A stretch of DNA of 64,000 bases, taken from Acidimicrobiia bacterium UBA5794 (GTDB taxonomy: Bacteria; Actinomycetota; Acidimicrobiia; Spongiisociales; UBA5794). Both the position numbers and the translations under genes were made by a program. Positions 58,636-64,000 of this stretch are shown here, piece by piece; positions within the stretch are counted from its first letter, which is position 1; the number at the start of each line of letters is the position of its first letter. Under the pieces are notes generated by a model that saw nothing but the letters and a program-made list of their open reading frames with translations, was not told the DNA's origin and did no database searches. The stretch is taken from NCBI GenBank assembly GCA_002418265.1, contig DIDS01000014.1, forward strand, positions 72,588 to 136,587, written 5' to 3'.

Positions 58636-58662
58636 CGTCTGACGTCGGAGGTCGGACGTCAG
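58623..58662. repeat. Palindromic heptamer array (TCTGACG)x3-ggaggtcg-GACGTCAG that supplies the stop codons of both convergent genes (ABC exporter on +, mobB on -)
   Basis: gtctgacgtctgacgtctgacgtcggaggtcggacgtcagtg. Confidence 0.8.
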
Positions 58663-59228
58663 TGGGCGGCGCTTGCGGTGGGGTGCGTGCAGGCGAGCCC
58701 CGCGATGAATCCGGCGATTGCCGACACGGCAGTGGGATCGAGTACGGGAACACTGACCGACCAACTCGCATCACTCACGATCGCAGAAAGCTCGGTCGGG
58801 TCGCATAGAAGATCGTTGCTGTTGTCGGCTCTGTGTACCTCGATCTTGGGGTAGGTCGATGACCGTCCTCCCTCGATGAGCACAAGGTCAGCGTCGGCCA
58901 TGTGTGCACAAACAACCGCGTCGATGTCGGGTGAGCGGCTCGGCGCCCGAAACACTGCGACCTGTACCGGACTCATCCCGACCACAACTTCGGCACCGGA
59001 ACGAGAGAAGCGATCGGTGTCCTTGTCTGCCAGGTCAAACGCACTGCTGCGATGGTGGTGCTTGATCACCCCAACTCGGAAACCGCGGTGCGCGAGATTC
59101 GGAACCAGTGCCTCGATCAAGGTTGTTTTTCCCGATCCCGACCGGCCAACGATGGCAACGACGGCCGGTGATGTTTCGCCGTACCCGCCGAACAAAGGAA
59201 AGATATCGCTCTGGCCATTTGACATCAT
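58659..59228 (-). CDS. mobB: Molybdopterin-guanine dinucleotide biosynthesis adapter protein MobB
   Basis: P-loop VAIVGRSGSGKTTL and MobB-type VIKHHH. Start at MMSNGQ with an AAGGAGG SD. Confidence 0.8.
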   Translation of the reverse strand: MMSNGQSDIFPLFGGYGETSPAVVAIVGRSGSGKTTLIEALVPNLAHRGFRVGVIKHHHRSSAFDLADKDTDRFSRSGAEVVVGMSPVQVAVFRAPSRSPDIDAVVCAHMADADLVLIEGGRSSTYPKIEVHRADNSNDLLCDPTELSAIVSDASWSVSVPVLDPTAVSAIAGFIAGLACTHPTASAAH

Positions 59229-59353
59229 TCCGCCTCCTTGGTCGTGGGCCGTAGCCTGCGAGTCCACACAGTAGCCATCGAGAATCTATTTATGAGTTGG
59301 AATCATATGAACTACGAAACTGTGCTAACGTACCACAGCGAACGGAGGCCCAT

Positions 59354-62300
59354 GTGAAAAAAGTTACAAGGCGTAAGTTTCTCAAAGGATCAGCCGTCGC
59401 TGCTGCTGGGGCATACGTCGCCACACAAGCATTTGACTCGGCCTTCACCTTTTTTCAGGCGGCACCCGGTATCGACAATCCCCTGGTGTTCTACCCGACC
59501 CGGGATTGGGAATCGATCTACCGCGACCAATACGCCTACGACGGATCCTTCCCGGTCGTGTGTGCTCCAAACGACACTCACATGTGCCGTCTTCGCGCTT
59601 TCACACGAAACGGTGTCGTCATCAGGCTTGAGCAGAACTACGACGGCGGTAACTACAAAGACCCCGCAGGTAACTCCTCAACGGTCGCCTGGAACCCCCG
59701 CGGCTGCCTCAAGGGTTACACGCTCCATCGCAGGGTCTACGGACCGTACCGACTCAGAACCCCGATGCTACGCGCCGGATGGAAGCAGTGGGCGGACGAC
59801 GGCTTCCCATCCCTTTCGGACAATCCAGAGTTGCGGATTCAGTATCGCTTCGACAGCCGCTCCGAGGACGAATTCATTCCGATGGAGACCGCCGAAATCG
59901 ATGACTACGTCGCGCGGGGTCTCGAAGCGATCGCAGCAACCTACTCCGGTGAGGAGGGCAGACGCCGGCTGATCGATGAAGACGGCTACGAGCCTGAGAT
60001 GCTCGAGTTCTGGGAAGAGTCAGGCGTCCGGACGATGAAGTTCGGATCGTCCCTGCCCATCCACGGTGTTGCCGGAAAGTTCGGTCTCGGCAGATTCGCA
60101 AACATGCTCTCCCTTCTCGATGCCAGGGTGCGTGGTGTGGGTGAGGATGAGGCTGTTGGAGCCAGGGAGTGGTCCGAGTACACGTGGCGAGGCGACCAGG
60201 CACCCGGCTTCCCGTTTGTGCACGGTGTTCAGGCCGCCGAAACCGACATGTCAGATCTCCGTCAGTCGAGGCTGCTCATCCAGGTGGGCAAGAACCTCGT
60301 TGAGAACAAGATGCCAGAGAGCCACTTCTTTCAGGAGATCATCGAGCGCGGCGGCAAGGTCGTGTCCATCGTTCCCGAGTATGGGCCCCAGGCATCCAAA
60401 GCCGACTACTGGATCCCAGTCCGAGCCGGACTCTCTGACACCGCTTTGTTCCTCGGTATTGCCAAGGCGCTGATCGATCGGCGGCTCTACGACACCGACT
60501 TCCTCAAGCGTTTCACCGACTTCCCACTCCTGGTTCGTCTCGATACGCTTCAGCGACTCCGAGCCGATGAAGTGTTTGCCGGATATACACCCAAGCTCGG
60601 TTCTGGCGCGGTGAGTTTCACGGTCCACGGCATGACAGCGGAGCAGTACGCACAAATCGGTGACCGGGTCGTCATGTCAGAACAAGGTGAACTGGTTGCC
60701 ATCACACGTGAGGACATTGGCAACCGGATGTCTGCCGCGGGGGTCGACCCCACGCTCGACTTCCGCGGCGAAGTCACGCTCGCCGACGGATCGACTGTTG
60801 AGGTTGCGACGGTGCTTTCGATGTACCGCGATCACCTCAAGGACTACGACCTCGACACCGTGATCGAAATCACCGGTTCGCCGAGGGATCTCGTTGAACG
60901 GCTCATTGAGGACATCGCCACGATCAAGCCGATGGGTATCCACGTCGGTGAGGGCATCAACCACTACTTCCACGCAACACTCCACAACCGAGCCGTCTAC
61001 ATGGTGTCGATGCTCACCGGCAACATCGGGGTCCCGGGTTCGGGCGTCAGCACCTGGGCCGGTAACTACAAGGGCGGTATCTTCCAAGCCGCCCCATGGT
61101 TCGGGCCGGGGGTCGGTGGCTACGTCAATGAGGATCCGTTCCACCCTCTTCTCAACGTGGACGATCGTTACACCGCCGAGACGACCAAACACAGGGTCCA
61201 TGGTGAGGAGACCTCGTATTGGGGATACGGCGACAAGCCGCTTGTCGTTGACACGCCAAGTGAAGGCCGCAAGGTCTTCACCGGAACGACCCACCTCCCC
61301 ACACCGACAAAGGTGATGTGGTACAACAACGCCAACCTGATCAATCAGGCGAAATGGGCGTATGAGCTCGTCCACAACGTGAATCCGAAGGTTGACATGA
61401 TCGTCGACCAACAGATCGAATGGACCGCCTCGGCGGAGAACGCCGACGTCATCTTCCCCGTCAACAGCTGGATGGAGTTCGAGACACTCGAAATGGCGGG
61501 CTCGTGCTCAAATCCATTCCTCCAGCTCTGGAAGGGAGGCATCGAACCCCTCTACGACAGCCGTGACGACATCGCCGTCTTTGCCGGTGTTGCCGGGGCG
61601 CTCACCGCCCACACCGGTGAACAGTTGTTCGCGGACTACTTCACATTCGCAACCGAGGGTCGACCCGAGGTGTACCTCGACCGCGTTCTTGCAGCCTCGT
61701 TCACCACCGAGGGTTACACCGTGGACGACATCATGAACGGGAACTACGGCGAACCCGGCGGTGCGCTGATGCTGTACCGCACGCTGCCTCGAATTCCTTT
61801 CTTCGAACAGGTACACGACGACGAGCCGTTCTCCACCGATACCGGCCGGATGCATGCCTATGTCGATACGCCCGAAGCCATCGAGTATGGCGAGAACATG
61901 ATCGTCCATAGGGAAGCGATCGAGGCAACAGCGTATCTTCCCAACGTCATCGTGTCGACAAGCCCATACCTGCGACCCCAGTCCTACGGCATAGCCCTTG
62001 ACGACATTGATGCGGGTCGGCGCCAGGTGAGAAACGTGATGATGCCGTGGAGCGAGGTCAAGGCGACACGCAATCCGCTCTTCGAGAGCGGCTATCAGTT
62101 CCTGTGCCTGACACCCAAATCGCGTCACTCGGTGCACTCGTCATGGGCAGTGACGGATTGGCACTGGATCTGGAACTCAAACTTCTCCGACCCGTACCGT
62201 GAGGACAAACGTCTCCCAGGCGTCGGCGATACCCAACTCCACATGAATCCTGACGATGCCAGAGCTCTCGGGATCGACAACGGCGACTATGTCTGGGTGG

Positions 62301-62824
62301 ATGCCAACCCTGCCGACCGACCCTTCACCGGATGGTCCGCAGACCATGAATATTCAGACGTGGCACGCCTGATGGCTCGGGTGTCGTACAACTTGGCGTA
62401 CCCCGCAGGGGTAACCATGCTCAAGCACGCCTTTTACATGGCAACACCCCTGACGGTCAAGGCCCAGAAGGAACGCCCGGACGGTCGAGCACTGTCACCG
62501 AATGGATACCAAGCGAGCTTCCGGCACGGTTCCCAGCAGAGCATCACCCGAGGCTGGGCTCCCCCGATGCACCAGACGGACAGCCTGTTCCACAAGAAGG
62601 CGGGAGGGATGACGTTCATCTTCGGCTTTGACGTCGACAACCACGCCATCAACACCTGTCCGAAGGAAACGCTCGTCAAGATCACCAAGGCAGAGTCCGG
62701 TGGGCTCAACGGGCAGGGTGCATGGGAACCGGGAACCACGGGTGAGAGCCCTGGGTCTGAGAACGCCGCGATGCAGCGCTACATCATGGGCGACTTCACC
62801 ACGGTGCAGGGAGGTACGCCATGA
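59354..62824 (+). CDS. Tat-exported NarG/NxrA-like molybdopterin oxidoreductase alpha subunit (periplasmic-Nar/Nxr/type-II DMSO-reductase lineage), 1157 aa
   Basis: Twin-arginine signal VTRRKFLKGSAVAAAGAYVATQAF. N-terminal NarG-like block ...CAPNDTHMCRLRAFTRNGVVIRLEQ...NPRGCLKGYTLHRRVYGPYRL aligns to NarG ([25 protein letters not shown]...PRGCPRGASYSWY). Size and collinearity with NarG. GTG start with a GGAGG SD. Confidence 0.8.
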   Translation: MKKVTRRKFLKGSAVAAAGAYVATQAFDSAFTFFQAAPGIDNPLVFYPTRDWESIYRDQYAYDGSFPVVCAPNDTHMCRLRAFTRNGVVIRLEQNYDGGNYKDPAGNSSTVAWNPRGCLKGYTLHRRVYGPYRLRTPMLRAGWKQWADDGFPSLSDNPELRIQYRFDSRSEDEFIPMETAEIDDYVARGLEAIAATYSGEEGRRRLIDEDGYEPEMLEFWEESGVRTMKFGSSLPIHGVAGKFGLGRFANMLSLLDARVRGVGEDEAVGAREWSEYTWRGDQAPGFPFVHGVQAAETDMSDLRQSRLLIQVGKNLVENKMPESHFFQEIIERGGKVVSIVPEYGPQASKADYWIPVRAGLSDTALFLGIAKALIDRRLYDTDFLKRFTDFPLLVRLDTLQRLRADEVFAGYTPKLGSGAVSFTVHGMTAEQYAQIGDRVVMSEQGELVAITREDIGNRMSAAGVDPTLDFRGEVTLADGSTVEVATVLSMYRDHLKDYDLDTVIEITGSPRDLVERLIEDIATIKPMGIHVGEGINHYFHATLHNRAVYMVSMLTGNIGVPGSGVSTWAGNYKGGIFQAAPWFGPGVGGYVNEDPFHPLLNVDDRYTAETTKHRVHGEETSYWGYGDKPLVVDTPSEGRKVFTGTTHLPTPTKVMWYNNANLINQAKWAYELVHNVNPKVDMIVDQQIEWTASAENADVIFPVNSWMEFETLEMAGSCSNPFLQLWKGGIEPLYDSRDDIAVFAGVAGALTAHTGEQLFADYFTFATEGRPEVYLDRVLAASFTTEGYTVDDIMNGNYGEPGGALMLYRTLPRIPFFEQVHDDEPFSTDTGRMHAYVDTPEAIEYGENMIVHREAIEATAYLPNVIVSTSPYLRPQSYGIALDDIDAGRRQVRNVMMPWSEVKATRNPLFESGYQFLCLTPKSRHSVHSSWAVTDWHWIWNSNFSDPYREDKRLPGVGDTQLHMNPDDARALGIDNGDYVWVDANPADRPFTGWSADHEYSDVARLMARVSYNLAYPAGVTMLKHAFYMATPLTVKAQKERPDGRALSPNGYQASFRHGSQQSITRGWAPPMHQTDSLFHKKAGGMTFIFGFDVDNHAINTCPKETLVKITKAESGGLNGQGAWEPGTTGESPGSENAAMQRYIMGDFTTVQGGTP

Positions 62825-63141
62825 CCGCCACCTGGGAACCGGTACGCCTCCTTGACGTTCGACCAGAGATCGACCCGGCCTTCAAGGTCGAAAAGGATGT
62901 TGAGGCCGAGGATCCCCTGGAGCTCGTCGGTGTCACATACCCCACCGATCGGGAGGCAGACACGATTGCCGCCCGGTGCTTCGTCGAGGAATATGCGATG
63001 ATCGGATGGCGTGCCGATGACATCGCCGCCCTCTTCACATCACCCGAGTATGCAGCGCTGTACCGCATGTTTTCGGCATACGGATTCGGCTTCGTCCATG
63101 AGGCCATTGCCTCCGTCTTTCCAGATCAGAGGAGAGCCTGA
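62821..63141 (+). CDS. Hypothetical 106-aa acidic protein inserted between the alpha and beta subunit genes, translationally coupled on both sides
   Basis: ATGA overlap with the alpha-subunit stop and TGATG overlap with the beta-subunit start; no recognisable motif. Confidence 0.5.
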   Translation: MTATWEPVRLLDVRPEIDPAFKVEKDVEAEDPLELVGVTYPTDREADTIAARCFVEEYAMIGWRADDIAALFTSPEYAALYRMFSAYGFGFVHEAIASVFPDQRRA

Positions 63142-64000
63142 TGGCACAGGTACACAACTGGCATCTCGGTCGTGACATGGAGTACCCGTACACCGGTGGC
63201 ACGTATGACCGGCAGTTCGCCGCCGTATTCAACATCAACCGATGCATTGCGTGTCAGACATGCACGATGTCGTGCAAATCCACATGGACCCACTCCCCCG
63301 GTCAGGAGCTCATGTGGTGGAACAATGTCGAAACCAAACCCTACGGTGGCTATCCGACCCATTGGGATTCACGATTGCTCTCCATGCTCGAGACGGCAAA
63401 CCCCGGTGGCCAGACCTGGACCAAGGAACCGGGCCCAACATCTGCCCCGTATGGCCAATTTAGTGGGCAGACCATTTTTGAGGCCGCAGACCTCGGTCAA
63501 CGCGTCCTCGGCTACATCCCAGAAGAGAACGATTGGAAGGCACCAAACCGCTTTGAGGACCACGCAACCGGCGCCCCAAGGACCGGTGCATCGCTCCCCG
63601 AGCATGAAGGCTGGTTCTTCTATCTGGCAAGGATCTGCAACCACTGCACCTACCCCGGATGTCTCGCGGCGTGCCCGCGAAACGCCATCTACAAGCGCCC
63701 CGAGGACGGCATCGTGCTCATCGATCAGGAACGCTGCCGTGGCTATCAGAAGTGCGTCGAAGGTTGTCCGTACAAGAAATCGATGTATCGCCCGACAACG
63801 CGAACCTCAGAAAAGTGCATTGCGTGCTACCCCCGAATCGAGGGAAGCGATCCCCTCACCGGCGGTGACCCCATGGAGACCCGATGCATGACAGCCTGCG
63901 TTGGCAAGATTCGGATGCAGGGTCTCGTCAACGTGAACACCGACGGCACCTGGATGAACGAGCCGTCGCACCCCCTGTACTACATGGTGCATGAAGAGAA
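63141..64000 (+). CDS. NarH/NxrB-like Fe-S beta subunit (partial, runs off the window end)
   Basis: N-terminus MAQVHNWHLGRDMEYPY...FNINRCIACQTCTMSCKSTWT...WWNNVETKPYGGYP matches NarH (MKIRSQVGMVLNLDKCIGCHTCSVTCKNVWT...FNNVETKP). Later Cys clusters: CNHCTYPGCLAACP, CRGYQKCVEGCP and CIACYPRIE. The frame stays open to position 64000. It is not in the ORF track because it is truncated. Confidence 0.75.
   Translation, partial: MAQVHNWHLGRDMEYPYTGGTYDRQFAAVFNINRCIACQTCTMSCKSTWTHSPGQELMWWNNVETKPYGGYPTHWDSRLLSMLETANPGGQTWTKEPGPTSAPYGQFSGQTIFEAADLGQRVLGYIPEENDWKAPNRFEDHATGAPRTGASLPEHEGWFFYLARICNHCTYPGCLAACPRNAIYKRPEDGIVLIDQERCRGYQKCVEGCPYKKSMYRPTTRTSEKCIACYPRIEGSDPLTGGDPMETRCMTACVGKIRMQGLVNVNTDGTWMNEPSHPLYYMVHEE

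Noticed and set aside
59297-59353. Longer N-terminus (MESYELRNCANVPQRTEAH) for the NarG-like protein and longer N-termini for several genes (acnA from 5308, typA from 25730, zwf from 17433, Mo subunit from 48800)
   Set aside because: The six-frame track extends to the farthest in-frame alternative start. SD positions, Tat-signal geometry, overlap with repeats or upstream genes, and homology-based expected N-termini all support the shorter starts listed.
1-64000. CRISPR arrays, transposases, integrases and phage genes
   Set aside because: No direct-repeat/spacer architecture of CRISPR size was found. The heptamer arrays have no spacers. No DDE/tyrosine recombinase or phage structural motifs appear in any frame, so the window looks like native chromosome rather than a mobile island.

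Overview
The window is high-GC (about 65%), gene-dense, prokaryotic DNA with an actinobacterial flavour: Mrp/ApbC, Tat machinery, a tal-zwf pair, many Tat/lipoprotein signals and tightly overlapping (ATGA/TGATG) coupled genes. A class-level guess of Acidimicrobiia is low confidence.

From 1 to about 44 kb it is mostly housekeeping and envelope functions: apbC, acnA, TlpA-like redoxin, azlCD, enoyl-CoA hydratase, a tandem pair of membrane HD/HD-GYP proteins, rlmN, bcp, galU, tal, zwf, a multi-PAS/GAF sensor kinase, tandem crcB, tandem LCP (LytR-CpsA-Psr) paralogs, typA, a PpiC lipoprotein, an ECF sigma/anti-sigma pair, SIMPL and PG-binding lipoproteins, a flavin reductase, aceE, a five-gene peptide/nickel-type ABC importer, and tatAC.

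From about 44 to 64 kb there is a molybdenum island. It contains two distinct molybdopterin-oxidoreductase operons, modABC, and mobB:
- Operon A (45.1-49.5 kb, minus strand) is an unusual, tightly coupled four-gene module: a NarI-like cytochrome b with a Zn-ribbon tail, a cytoplasmic Nas/Nap-type catalytic subunit, an NrfC/HybA-like 4x[4Fe-4S] ferredoxin, and a Tat-signal Rieske protein. It is followed by a small membrane protein and an HPP-family protein.
- Operon B (59.3 kb to the window end, plus strand) is a Tat-exported NarG/NxrA-like alpha subunit of 1157 aa whose N-terminal Fe-S motif reads C-x3-D-x3-C. A 106-aa unknown ORF is wedged between it and a NarH/NxrB-like beta subunit that runs off the window.

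Two related repeat families are spread across the intergenic space (more than 14 loci):
- Tandem heptamer arrays (GTCAGAC/GACGTCA and GCTGTGA/GCTGAAA-type units), mostly at gene 3' ends. They sometimes supply the stop codons of convergent genes.
- A roughly 55-nt GC-rich hairpin module ending in a GCAA-tetraloop stem, with 4 copies, plus a roughly 200-bp tandemly duplicated hairpin block at 2.1-2.5 kb.

A perfect 20-bp-stem palindrome occurs once intact (32.8 kb) and once as a half-copy that encodes the C-terminal tail of RlmN.

No tRNA or rRNA genes, CRISPR arrays, transposases or integrases were found. Coordinates of intergenic elements were read by eye and may be off by 1-2 nt. CDS coordinates are anchored to the supplied ORF track.
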